Shown here: positions 35,236-44,370 of the stretch, piece by piece | Numbering within the stretch: the first letter of the stretch is position 1 | Layout of the letters: each line of letters opens with the position of its first letter | NCBI GenBank assembly: GCA_050251055.1 | Contig: JBFWNL010000001.1 | Location: 697,210 to 761,209, forward strand | Direction of reading: 5' to 3' | DNA length: 64,000 nt | Origin: Bacteriovoracia bacterium | GTDB lineage: Bacteria; Bdellovibrionota; UBA1018; JBFWNL01 | The notes under the pieces: model-generated | Databases searched by the model: none | Seen by the model: the letters and a program-made list of their open reading frames with translations, nothing else | Told to the model about the DNA's origin: nothing | Made by a program: the position numbers and the translations under genes

Positions 35236-36445
35236 TTCCGAGTTGATCGATCAGATAGTCGGCGATCGCAAGCGACGCCGTTGCTCCAGGGCTTGGCGCA
35301 TTCAGTAGATGAAGCGCGCGCTCGGCTCTTTCGATACGAAAATCTTGAATCAACTGACCGCTCCCATCCATCGCTTGGGCGCGGATGCCGGAGTGCCCGG
35401 CTTCCAAATCTTCGGGTTGGATCTCCGGGACGAGTCGCTGCAACGCCCGACAAAACGCCGACCGACTGAGCGATTGCTTCAGCTCTGAAGCGATCATCGC
35501 GCGATGCCGACTGGCGAACCGGTATAACCCCGAAAAAAAAACCGCCTCTCCGAAATCCGCCAAATTGAAATCGCGCTTCCCGTAGCCTTCCCGCGCGAGC
35601 GACAAGATCGCGTTCGGCCCCGCATCGAGCGATCCGTCGATCCGACGGGTGAAATGCACGCCTAAAAAAGGAAACTTTGGATCTGGCAGTGGATAAAGGA
35701 GATGCCTCACCAGATGCTTACGCGATTCCTTCACGCGGAAATAATCACCGCGAAACGGGACGATTCGTACCGCGGGCTCCAAGCCCGCCGAACGGGCCAC
35801 CCGATCACATTGCAATCCCGCGCAGTTGATCAGATGCGAAGCGCGAAAATCCCCGCACGTGGTGGCGACTACGTGGCCGTGGCCGGCACCGGGCCGCTCC
35901 CGGTGGAAACCACGTGCTTCGGCGCCGACGATCACCTCGCCCCCGGCCTCGCCGATCTTCTGGGCCAAACGACTCGCGACTTCGCGATAGTCCACGATAC
36001 CCTCCTCGGGAACGTGCAGGGCACCCAGTCCCCGAGCGTGGGGTTCGATCTCTCCGATCTCCTCCGCCTGGAGCAGCCGCAAGCCGCGCAGCCCATTCTG
36101 CTGACCGCGCTCCATCGTCGCGGGCAGGCGGGCTAGCTCTTCGGAGGTCGTGGCTACCATCAGTTTTCCGCAGATTTCGTGGGGAATCGAATTTTCGCGA
36201 CAGAACTCGACCATCTGACGGACGCCATTGACGGCGAGCCGGGCCTTTAACGAACCGGGCACATAGGAAAGACCGGCATGGAGCACTCCGCTGTTATGCC
36301 CCGTCTGATGTTGGCCTACTTGAGGTTCTTTTTCGAGGACGCGCACGAAGGTGGCGGGATCACGCCGCTGCAGGCGATAGGCGGTGGCCAAGCCAATGAT
36401 GCCACCCCCTATAACTGCCACCGACCGACTCAAGCGCGTATCCAC
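35228..36445 (-). CDS. FAD-dependent oxidoreductase, L-2-hydroxyglutarate oxidase (LhgO)-like
   Basis: VAVIGGGIIGLATAYRL (dinucleotide fold), HQTGHNSGVLHAGLSYVPGSLKA, and C-terminal LLNAPSPGATASL, as in LhgO/YgaF-type flavoproteins. Confidence 0.75.
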   Translation of the reverse strand: MDTRLSRSVAVIGGGIIGLATAYRLQRRDPATFVRVLEKEPQVGQHQTGHNSGVLHAGLSYVPGSLKARLAVNGVRQMVEFCRENSIPHEICGKLMVATTSEELARLPATMERGQQNGLRGLRLLQAEEIGEIEPHARGLGALHVPEEGIVDYREVASRLAQKIGEAGGEVIVGAEARGFHRERPGAGHGHVVATTCGDFRASHLINCAGLQCDRVARSAGLEPAVRIVPFRGDYFRVKESRKHLVRHLLYPLPDPKFPFLGVHFTRRIDGSLDAGPNAILSLAREGYGKRDFNLADFGEAVFFSGLYRFASRHRAMIASELKQSLSRSAFCRALQRLVPEIQPEDLEAGHSGIRAQAMDGSGQLIQDFRIERAERALHLLNAPSPGATASLAIADYLIDQLGTT

Positions 36446-37359
36446 TCTTTGATTCGGAATAGGACGTCATGCATTGACCACCCCAGCACGGGGGTAAGGC
36501 CAGCGTCGAAAGTTAGTCGATACCTACGCACCTGAGCGAGAGCGCGCCCCAATGCTTCCAGGTAAGGGGGATAAATAAACTGTTTCGCGCCACCAGGTAA
36601 TCGGTACCCCTCCGCCTTCACGAAGCTTCCATCTTTGCGCCAACGAAGTGCGTGAAAATGACAGAATACCACGGCCGTGCCGTCGACGCAGGGCCCTTCG
36701 GTTATATCATAGTTAAAGAAATTCCAAGGCGCTACCCCCCCCCCTAAATGTTGCAAAACGTGCACACCGGGAAAACGCGTCTTCCAGTCGTCTAGGTATT
36801 TCTGGTCGCCAAACTTGCCATCCTCCGCACGGGCAAAACACCACTCAAGACACCGTGCTTTCCACCAGTCTAGTGCGGCTAGACCTCGATCGTCATGACG
36901 AAAACCCATGAACTGCACGCAGTAAACACCGCTGGTCAATGAATGATCGTACTTAGGAGTATAACGATGTTCGGTTAAGAGAACCGAGGAGCCCGACTTA
37001 GCGAACTCAACCAATAATGGCTCCACCGAAGAAAAGAAAAAGAGATCGGCGTCCAGATAAATCACGGAACCAAGACTCAGCTTACGTAGACAGTGGTCAA
37101 TAATCGACGGCGTGCAAGTCCAGCAATACTCCGCCACATTCCGGCCCGACTTCACGCTCAAAAGCTCCGGCGTTTCAAACTCGTTCGCACCCACCGGGGT
37201 CACGCCGGGCAGCGGATAATGGCTCAAATATTGAAACGATTCGTCATCCAGGCAAAACGCCCAAACGCGGCTTTCGGGAGAATACCGATGCAAGGACTCC
37301 ATCATCGCGATCGCGCGCGTGAGGTAAACGGAATTAAACAGCGTACAGAAGTTTTTCAC
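36430..37359 (-). CDS. putative GT-A-fold nucleotide-sugar glycosyltransferase (GT8-like, DxD)
   Basis: ORF track 36430..37479. Likely GTG start at 37359 (VKNFCTLFNSVYL), forming a GTGA overlap with the upstream stop. IYLDADLFFF is DxD-like. The family call is weak. Confidence 0.5.
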   Translation of the reverse strand: MKNFCTLFNSVYLTRAIAMMESLHRYSPESRVWAFCLDDESFQYLSHYPLPGVTPVGANEFETPELLSVKSGRNVAEYCWTCTPSIIDHCLRKLSLGSVIYLDADLFFFSSVEPLLVEFAKSGSSVLLTEHRYTPKYDHSLTSGVYCVQFMGFRHDDRGLAALDWWKARCLEWCFARAEDGKFGDQKYLDDWKTRFPGVHVLQHLGGGVAPWNFFNYDITEGPCVDGTAVVFCHFHALRWRKDGSFVKAEGYRLPGGAKQFIYPPYLEALGRALAQVRRYRLTFDAGLTPVLGWSMHDVLFRIKEWIRA

Positions 37360-38018
37360 GCGCCCATTTCCAAGTGATAAATCGACGTAATCGCAAGCAA
37401 CCCCGGGAACTTCTGCACGAGCCCCTGTTTCCACCCCGTACGCGAACTGCCGAGATGACGGCGATCCAAGATACGCCAACCCTGGGCAGCGACGTAGTCC
37501 TCAAAGTCGCGAACGCCGAGCTGATGGATATGACCGGTGGAATGCCAATCGTAGCCAAAAAGCAAGGGATGCGGCATGCGCCCGTGACAGAGCAGGTCCC
37601 ACCGATTGGACCAGTGGCCGAAATTTGGGAAGGAAATGATCTGGCGGCGCGCGACGCGCTTCATTTCGGACATGAGCACTTCCGGGAACATCACCATCTG
37701 CACGGTGACGTTGCAGACCGCGTAGTCGAAAGAACCGGACGTGACATCCTTTAGGGGCTGATCGATCGACCCCTGGTTGACCTGCAGTCCTTTGCGGCGC
37801 GCCGACTCCACGCCGGAAGCCGAGAGCTCGATTCCCTGCCCCGCACACTGCTTCCCGTCGCGCAGCTTCGCCAAGAGCGCGCCGTCACCACAACCCAAGT
37901 CCAATACGCGGGCGCGCGGAGGAACCCAATCGGAGATGACCGGGTACTCGGCCCGGTCGTCGTGCGAGTCAGGTGCGTAAAAATAGTTCCGATTGTCGGT
38001 GGAATTCATCGGTGCCAA
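37356..38018 (-). CDS. MetW-like class I SAM-dependent methyltransferase
   Basis: ISDWVPPRARVLDLGCGDGALLAKL...GIELS...GSFDYAVCNVTVQMV..PEVLMSEMKRVARRQIISFPNFGHW closely follows the MetW pattern. Confidence 0.8.
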   Translation of the reverse strand: MAPMNSTDNRNYFYAPDSHDDRAEYPVISDWVPPRARVLDLGCGDGALLAKLRDGKQCAGQGIELSASGVESARRKGLQVNQGSIDQPLKDVTSGSFDYAVCNVTVQMVMFPEVLMSEMKRVARRQIISFPNFGHWSNRWDLLCHGRMPHPLLFGYDWHSTGHIHQLGVRDFEDYVAAQGWRILDRRHLGSSRTGWKQGLVQKFPGLLAITSIYHLEMGA

Positions 38019-38089
38019 CCAGCCCTAGATACCCAAAAAGCCTTGGGAAAACAATTGACTTCACGCGGCCATGATGATGCTTTTCATTC

Positions 38090-39316
38090 GTGAAGCTCTT
38101 GCGCCTTTCCGCCTCCTATCCTCGCTATTTGGCTAATTTCTACGCCAAGCACGCCGGCCTAGCGGACGCCCCTTATGACACACAAAGTCTTGAACTCGCG
38201 AAAGACGCGTTCGGCTGGGCAGACTTTTGGACGAACAGCCTGCCCAAGCACGGGTACGAAGTTTTGGAAATCGTGGCCAACGCCCAGTTCGCACAAAGGG
38301 CCTGGGCACGCGAATACGTGCCTCGGTTAGCGGACGCATCGACGCTTACCATAGCGACTGAACAGGTAAAACAGGTTCGACCCGACATACTTTGGATCTG
38401 CGACGTCGAGTTTTTCGGTACCGATTGGGTGCGCGAGATCCGCGCGGCCTGTCCATCCATTCAACTCGCCATCGCCTGGATGGGAACGCCCGCATACGAG
38501 GGAATTGCCGGGCTCGATGCGTTCGATGGGATTCTCTCGTGCGTGCCCGAGATCGTGACCGACCTCCGGAAGCGGGGACACCGCTCCGATCATCTTCACC
38601 ATGCTTTCGACGCCCGTATCTACGACCGCACCCACGCGAACGCGGAAGGCAGCCTGCCGCTCACGTTCGTCGGCCAAGTCCATCGTGAAAAGGGCTTTCA
38701 CCTGCGGCGCGAAGAACTCCTGCTCAAACTCGTGAATCAAGTCCCGCTGCAGCTCTATAGTCCGTCTTCCCAAGTGAACCTGAAAGACATTGCCAAGGCC
38801 TACGTGAAGCAAGCCGCCTACGCCAGCGCCCAAGCACTGCAAAGCCTCGGCGTCTCCAAAGATCGCGTCGCCCTCCTGCCAGGCTTGAAGAACATCGCGC
38901 ACCGGTCGTCCAAGCCTCTCGTCCCCGTAGACCTTCGTCTGTTGAGATTCCTGCGCCCGGGTGTATTCGGGCTCGAGATGTTCCAGATTTTGCGGAACTC
39001 GCTCGTCTCGTTGAACGTGCACATCGACGCTTCGCCGCGCTCCGCTTCCAATATGCGGCTTTTCGAAGCCACCGGCATGGGCTCGTGCCTACTGACAGAG
39101 TGGCGAGAAAACCTAGGTGAGCTATTCACGTTAGATACGGAAGTCGTGACTTACCGTTCGCCCGAAGAATGCCGCGAAAAAGCGCGCTGGCTCATAGACC
39201 ATCCGCAGGATGCGACTCGCATCGGCGAAGCCGGGCGTAAGCGCACGCTCACCGCGCACCAGTTCCAGCATCGCGCCCCGCGTCTGGATCAAATTCTGAA
39301 ACAATGGCTCCCTTAG
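38090..39316 (+). CDS. GT-B glycosyltransferase (CgeB/DUF3880 + Glyco_trans_1_2-like)
   Basis: GTG start. C-terminal NMRLFEATGMGSCLLTEW...VVTYRSPEECREKARWLIDHPQDATRIGEAGRKR is typical of Glyco_trans_1_2 domains. Confidence 0.65.
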   Translation: MKLLRLSASYPRYLANFYAKHAGLADAPYDTQSLELAKDAFGWADFWTNSLPKHGYEVLEIVANAQFAQRAWAREYVPRLADASTLTIATEQVKQVRPDILWICDVEFFGTDWVREIRAACPSIQLAIAWMGTPAYEGIAGLDAFDGILSCVPEIVTDLRKRGHRSDHLHHAFDARIYDRTHANAEGSLPLTFVGQVHREKGFHLRREELLLKLVNQVPLQLYSPSSQVNLKDIAKAYVKQAAYASAQALQSLGVSKDRVALLPGLKNIAHRSSKPLVPVDLRLLRFLRPGVFGLEMFQILRNSLVSLNVHIDASPRSASNMRLFEATGMGSCLLTEWRENLGELFTLDTEVVTYRSPEECREKARWLIDHPQDATRIGEAGRKRTLTAHQFQHRAPRLDQILKQWLP

Positions 39317-40959
39317 GCACCTTTCTACTCATGACGATCGTCACCGCAGGATTCGCCTTCTCCTTTTGGGGCTGGGGAGCCGGGGCCGCACGCGGGTTGA
39401 AGCTCCCTTCGTATGTGGAGGGCCTGCTCGGGATTTTTGTCGTCGGATTTATCACCTTGTTTTTGAATTTTTTTATCCCGATCTCGCCCTTCATCTCGTC
39501 AGCAATCACCGCCGTGGGGGCGGGCTCTGGAATCTTGGTGCTGAAAAAGTCCGGTCCAAAGGCGCGCTCTGGATACGGGACGGAGTTCGCGTACGTTGGA
39601 TTTTTCTTGCTCGTTTTCTTGGCTTGGTCGCAGGCTTCAGCCGTCGTGTACGACACCGGGCTCTACCATTTGCCGATCTTGAAGTGGAAGCAGGACTTCG
39701 CGACCCCGCTCGGCGTCGTACATCTGCATAGCCGGCTTGCCACCAACTCGGTCTGGTTCGCGGCCGCGGCTTCCACCTTGCTTCCCGACCTGGGTGTGGA
39801 TCCGGCGTTCTGCCTCAACATCCTCTTCGCCGCGTTCACCGCGCGCCTTCTGTTGCTCGCGTCCCCGAACGACGGGACCATTATCAGCTTTTGGCTAGGT
39901 GGACTAATGCTCCTCTGTCTCGTCCTCTTCAATGGCCCGCTCGCTTTCGTAGGCTCCGTCTCCAACGACTTACCCACGAATTTACTTCCGTTGATCTGCG
40001 TCTTTTTAGCTGTGCGCAGCTGGGAACAACGGCGCTATGATCCCGCACTTCCGCTCTTTGCGGTTTTAAGCACCACGATCAAGGCCTCCGGAGCCTTGAA
40101 CGTTTTGATTTGCCTCCCCCCACTCGTTTTGCTCGGCATGAATGCGGTGAAAGCCACCCTCGCTTCCCAAATCTGGCGAACCCTCGCGTTCCTGGGCGGC
40201 TGCTTGATCCTGTGGTGCACATACGGAATCCTCACTTCGGGCTGCCTCGTCTATCCGTTCTCGGGCACTTGTCTCTACGCCCTACCCTGGAGCGCCACGC
40301 CCGCCGACGTCGCCGGCGAAATGGGGGCGATCAAAGCCTGGGCCCGCTCGCCGTTTGGTCACCCCGACGTCGTGCTAAAAGACTGGGCTTGGCTGCCCGC
40401 TTGGTGGGCGAGCTTCAATGATCTTCCTTTGATTCGAGCTACAGCTATCTTGGGGGTAGTAGGCGCCTTGGGCATACTGGCGAAGAGCCTGCTTCGTAAG
40501 GCGCCCTTCCCGCGATTGATTTTGGGATTGGGTGTGGCGCTCGTGGTGCCGCTCGCCGCCTGGTTCATCTCGGCGCCCGACCCACGCTTTGCCTTTGGGT
40601 ATTTCCTAGCGCTCGGCTGCTTGCCGGCCGCCTGGGTTTTCGCGAAAACCGCGGGCAAGCGGCTCGCCTACTATGCTCCGCTCGGGATCCTCGCGATCTG
40701 TGCCCTGACCGGCCTCACCAAGTTGAATCGCGCATGGCCGACCCAACTCAAAAGCGCGACTTTGCCCCTAGCCGCCCACGACGGCACTCAGGGCAAAGTC
40801 TCCCTCATGAAAGCCGGGGGAATCGAGCTCAAACAACCTGTAGGAACCGATCAATGCTGGATGCAAACGCCCCCGTGCACGCCCTACGTACGCAAGGGGT
40901 GGACCGGGGTGATGCACGGGTATCACATGATTTTCACCCGCGTCGAACCCGCGATCTGA
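39304..40959 (+). CDS. uncharacterised ~550-aa polytopic membrane protein, paralogue of 7075..8718
   Basis: 551-aa ORF. VYDTGLYHL, GCLVYPFSGTCLYALPWS, EMGAIKAWARSP, WAWLPAWW and C-terminal QCWMQTPPCTPY are all shared with the ORF at 7075..8718. 13-nt overlap with the upstream gene. Confidence 0.7.
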   Translation: MAPLGTFLLMTIVTAGFAFSFWGWGAGAARGLKLPSYVEGLLGIFVVGFITLFLNFFIPISPFISSAITAVGAGSGILVLKKSGPKARSGYGTEFAYVGFFLLVFLAWSQASAVVYDTGLYHLPILKWKQDFATPLGVVHLHSRLATNSVWFAAAASTLLPDLGVDPAFCLNILFAAFTARLLLLASPNDGTIISFWLGGLMLLCLVLFNGPLAFVGSVSNDLPTNLLPLICVFLAVRSWEQRRYDPALPLFAVLSTTIKASGALNVLICLPPLVLLGMNAVKATLASQIWRTLAFLGGCLILWCTYGILTSGCLVYPFSGTCLYALPWSATPADVAGEMGAIKAWARSPFGHPDVVLKDWAWLPAWWASFNDLPLIRATAILGVVGALGILAKSLLRKAPFPRLILGLGVALVVPLAAWFISAPDPRFAFGYFLALGCLPAAWVFAKTAGKRLAYYAPLGILAICALTGLTKLNRAWPTQLKSATLPLAAHDGTQGKVSLMKAGGIELKQPVGTDQCWMQTPPCTPYVRKGWTGVMHGYHMIFTRVEPAI

Positions 40960-40979
40960 TCTTCGTTCTATGGTTCCGG

Positions 40980-41927
40980 TTAATGTTTCGGCAAAATCGC
41001 GGCGTACTCGGCCCAAAATTCGGCGGGGAAAGCTCGCCGCAAATTTTCCGTTCCCGCCGACGGGGGAGCGGGATTCGCCGCCGCGGAGTTTCCCCAAGTG
41101 ACCGGACAGGGCGGCAGAGCCATCGCGCGCACGAGGAGCATCTCGTTCACGAACTCCACCCACTCCCGAACGCTGCAGACCACCCCGGTCGGGCGGACCA
41201 CCTGCGTACCACCCCGGTCAAAATCACGCGCGGCCTGAATGTATCCGCGAGCAAGGTCCGCCACCGATAGATTGTGCATCGTCGCCTGCGGTGCTTCGAC
41301 TTTCAAAACCGCATCCGCCGCGGAGCTGGCTTGGGCGATGCGGATCATTTGCGGAATCAGACGATCATCATTCTCGAGCGGGCCCACCGGATTCGGAATG
41401 ATCACTTTCGAGAGGGTGAGTTCGGGAGCACTCAGTTTTTGCAGCTCGTGCCAAACCCGCTGCTTGCTCAGCGCATAAGGCGTGGGAGTACCGGTCGCCC
41501 CCGACTCCTCCGGTTCAATCGCCGTGCCCGAGTAGATGATCCCTTTAGCCGGGACCGCCTTCAACGCCCGCACCAAGCCACCCAAGGGGGGGATCCCGAC
41601 CGCATCCGCCCGGGCGACGTCATAGTCAGGCCGCCGGAACTTCTCCATGAAGTGGTGGTGATGAATCCAAATCGCCGGTTGGTTTTCCTGCACCCAACGG
41701 GCGAAATCGCCCCGCTCGGCCACTAGTCCGTAGTGGACCGTCCCGTACCGAGAGAATACGTCGAGCCGCGCCTGCTTCAGACCCAGGTAAGCCGCTTTAG
41801 GTTCCGAACAAAGACCCGCTACCTCGTACCCTTCCTCCTTCAAAGCACGTGCGATCCACACCGCTGAAAAGGAGGAAGCGGCGGTGATCGCAACGAGCTT
41901 GGAGCGTGGATTCGACCGGGTCGTCAT
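40980..41927 (-). CDS. extended-SDR-like (NAD-dependent epimerase/dehydratase fold) protein with degenerate glycine motif
   Basis: ORF track 40980..42017; likely start is ATG 41927 (MTTRSNPRSKLVAITAASSFSAVWIARAL). YALSK (YxxxK) and YSGT are present, but GxxGxxG is replaced by AASSFSA. Confidence 0.55.
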   Translation of the reverse strand: MTTRSNPRSKLVAITAASSFSAVWIARALKEEGYEVAGLCSEPKAAYLGLKQARLDVFSRYGTVHYGLVAERGDFARWVQENQPAIWIHHHHFMEKFRRPDYDVARADAVGIPPLGGLVRALKAVPAKGIIYSGTAIEPEESGATGTPTPYALSKQRVWHELQKLSAPELTLSKVIIPNPVGPLENDDRLIPQMIRIAQASSAADAVLKVEAPQATMHNLSVADLARGYIQAARDFDRGGTQVVRPTGVVCSVREWVEFVNEMLLVRAMALPPCPVTWGNSAAANPAPPSAGTENLRRAFPAEFWAEYAAILPKH

Positions 41928-42046
41928 GACTAAGTTAGTCGCATCTTTTGCTTGCAGTTTCAATCGGTTCGACAGCGGAGGTGGCGCCACGCAGCAACTC
42001 GGATTGCATCGCGACAAGAGTCTTGAGGGGGCGCCCCCAAGAAGGT

Positions 42047-42673
42047 ATGACCGTTTTTATGGAGCCACTCTCGAACTGCATGACCCCGGAGGTCATCGCC
42101 AAGATCAACCATTTCATCGACGAGAACTTCCCTTATCAGGACGCCAAGTTCGTGTTCCAGGACCCAAAATTCCGCGATTTTTTCGTGGCGAATATCTCGC
42201 CCGAAATCCGCGCTTACATTAAACCCGAGAGTTACATCGTTCTTCGCATGATCAAGCCCCGGGGCGGGGTCCATGCGTACGATTTCCATTTCGACAACTA
42301 CGCTCAGACTATCCTCGTGCCGCTCATGACGCCCGATGCGCATCAAAACGGGGACCTCTTGCTTCGGCACCATACACGCGGAGCCCCACGCTTTATTCTG
42401 ATGCATATCTGGCAGAAGTTTCTTTTCCAAAACACCCTGGCCCTGAAGCTCTGGTCCTGGCTCGCCACGAAGGAACGTTTCTTTCGCCGGGTCCGGGTAA
42501 AGCCGGGAAGCGCGCTCGTATTCGACGGCTCCCGATCGCTCCACGGAAACATGCCAGTGCAGGCGGGAGAGCGGCGATCGGTGCTGATCCATAACCAGAA
42601 ATTGTTCAGCGGGTCGAAAGCCGTGGAATGGATCGAAGGCTATAGCCAGTATCGCAAACAGAAGGCCCAATAA
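42047..42673 (+). CDS. putative Fe(II)/2-oxoglutarate-dependent oxygenase-like protein
   Basis: ORF track 41948..42673; likely start is ATG 42047 (MTVFMEP). HxD (FHFDNY), a distal His (SRSLHGN) and R-x-S nine residues later (GERRSVLIH) fit the HxD...H...RxS facial-triad/2OG pattern. No other recognisable family signature. Confidence 0.45.
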   Translation: MTVFMEPLSNCMTPEVIAKINHFIDENFPYQDAKFVFQDPKFRDFFVANISPEIRAYIKPESYIVLRMIKPRGGVHAYDFHFDNYAQTILVPLMTPDAHQNGDLLLRHHTRGAPRFILMHIWQKFLFQNTLALKLWSWLATKERFFRRVRVKPGSALVFDGSRSLHGNMPVQAGERRSVLIHNQKLFSGSKAVEWIEGYSQYRKQKAQ

Positions 42674-42679
42674 CCCGCT

Positions 42680-43678
42680 ATGTCCGAGCAACTTACTTGT
42701 TTTCCATCCACTCAGCAGGTAAAGAAAGGCATGTCTTTGCCCCTGGAATCCCAGGCAGATTACAGTGACGTCGCGGTCCTGCTTCCCTGCTACAATGAGG
42801 AAATCACCATCGCCAAGGTCGTCGCCGATTTCCGCACACACCTTCCGGGCGCCAAGATCTACGTCTTTGACAATAATTCCAACGACCGTACCTCCGAGCG
42901 CGCGCGCGGAGCCGGCGCGACCGTCGTCCCTTCTCCGAAGCAGGGCAAGGGATGCGTCGTACGTCACATGTTCGATACGGTGGAAGCGACGATCTACCTC
43001 ATGGCCGACGGCGATGACACTTATCCAGCTAAGTCGGCCCCCCAGCTGATCCAGGAATGCCGCGGCGGCGTGGATATGGTGGTGGGCATTCGCATGGAGT
43101 CGTACGACCAGTCCGCCTCCCGTCGTTTCCACAAATTCGGAAATCACTTAGTGGCGCGCCTGATCTCTTTGTCCTTCTCGACGAAAGTCACGGACGTGCT
43201 GTCGGGCTTCCGTGCGTTCTCGCGGTCATTCGTGAAGTCCGTACCGCTCGTGTCGGTGGGATTCACGATCGAAACCGAGATGACGATGCAAGCGGTGGCG
43301 AAGGGATTTTCGCTTCGGGAAATTCCCATCGAATACGGCGCCCGTCCCGAAGGCAGCTTTTCTAAACTTCGTACTTACAGCGACGGCACAATCGTGCTCG
43401 CCACCATCGTCGATATTTTCAAGAACTATAAACCACTCACCTTCTTCGGGGGACTCTGCGTCCTGCTCGGCGTGATTTCTGCGATCGTTGGCTCAGCCCC
43501 GGTTATGGACTTCTTCACCACGGGGGTAGTGGTGCACGTTCCACGCGCAGTGCTCGCCGCCGCGCTGGCTATCATGGCCATGCTCTCGCTGGGCATCGGC
43601 CTTATCTTGGACTCTACCTGCAAATACCACCACGAGACGTTTACGCTCTGGCGTCGCGTCCTCACCCAAAGCAAATGA
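42680..43678 (+). CDS. GT2 polyprenyl-phosphate glycosyltransferase (GtrB/ArnC/DPM1-like, two C-terminal TM helices)
   Basis: VAVLLPCYNEEITIAKVVADF...IYVFDNNSNDRT...LMADGDDTYP (DxD). The C terminus has two hydrophobic helices (LTFFGGLCVLLGVISAIVG and VLAAALAIMAMLSLGIGLIL). Confidence 0.82.
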   Translation: MSEQLTCFPSTQQVKKGMSLPLESQADYSDVAVLLPCYNEEITIAKVVADFRTHLPGAKIYVFDNNSNDRTSERARGAGATVVPSPKQGKGCVVRHMFDTVEATIYLMADGDDTYPAKSAPQLIQECRGGVDMVVGIRMESYDQSASRRFHKFGNHLVARLISLSFSTKVTDVLSGFRAFSRSFVKSVPLVSVGFTIETEMTMQAVAKGFSLREIPIEYGARPEGSFSKLRTYSDGTIVLATIVDIFKNYKPLTFFGGLCVLLGVISAIVGSAPVMDFFTTGVVVHVPRAVLAAALAIMAMLSLGIGLILDSTCKYHHETFTLWRRVLTQSK

Positions 43679-44361
43679 AACCAGAAGCATACACGGGCGT
43701 AGAAAACCTAGAAACAATGTCACTGGCGGTGAACTATAACCAGTTTCTCGTTTCCGAAATCCTTCGCCACGGCCACTCGGCAACCACGTCCTTGGACTTC
43801 GGCGCCGGCACGGGCACCTTTTCTGGGGCCTTAAGTCGCCACGGCCTGAAAGTGACCTGTTTGGAGCCAGATGAAGAGCTGAGCCGCCGCCTGCGTGCCC
43901 AGGGCATGGCCGTCTGCTCGCGAGTCGAGGATCTCCCCGCCGGACATTTCGACTTCGTTTACTCATTGAACGTGCTGGAGCACATCGAGCACGATCTCGA
44001 GGCGCTCCGCCAGCTCAAGAGCCGCCTCAAGCCGGGCGGTACGTTCTACTTCTACGTACCGGCCTTCAACGTGCTTTTCTCGAGCATGGACCGCAAAGTG
44101 GGCCACTTCCGCCGCTACACCAAAAGTGGCCTCATTCGCGTGGCCACCGAAGCGGGGCTTAAGGTGGAACGCGCGGGTTACGTGGACTCCGTCGGCTTTT
44201 TGGTCGCGTTGCTTTTCCGCTTCATCGGCAATGACGACGGCGAAATCAATCCTGGCATGCTGAAAATCTACGACCGCTTCGTGTTTCCCGTCAGCCGGGT
44301 GCTCGACTTCTTGTGCCGGCCGTTCTTCGGCAAGAATGTATATATTTCTGGAAAAATCTAA
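43675..44361 (+). CDS. class I SAM-dependent methyltransferase
   Basis: SLDFGAGTGTFSGAL (motif I), FDFVYSLNVLEHIEHD, LKPGGTFYFYVPA. ATGA overlap with the upstream GT2 gene. Confidence 0.82.
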   Translation: MKPEAYTGVENLETMSLAVNYNQFLVSEILRHGHSATTSLDFGAGTGTFSGALSRHGLKVTCLEPDEELSRRLRAQGMAVCSRVEDLPAGHFDFVYSLNVLEHIEHDLEALRQLKSRLKPGGTFYFYVPAFNVLFSSMDRKVGHFRRYTKSGLIRVATEAGLKVERAGYVDSVGFLVALLFRFIGNDDGEINPGMLKIYDRFVFPVSRVLDFLCRPFFGKNVYISGKI

Positions 44362-44370
44362 AGGCCGCGT

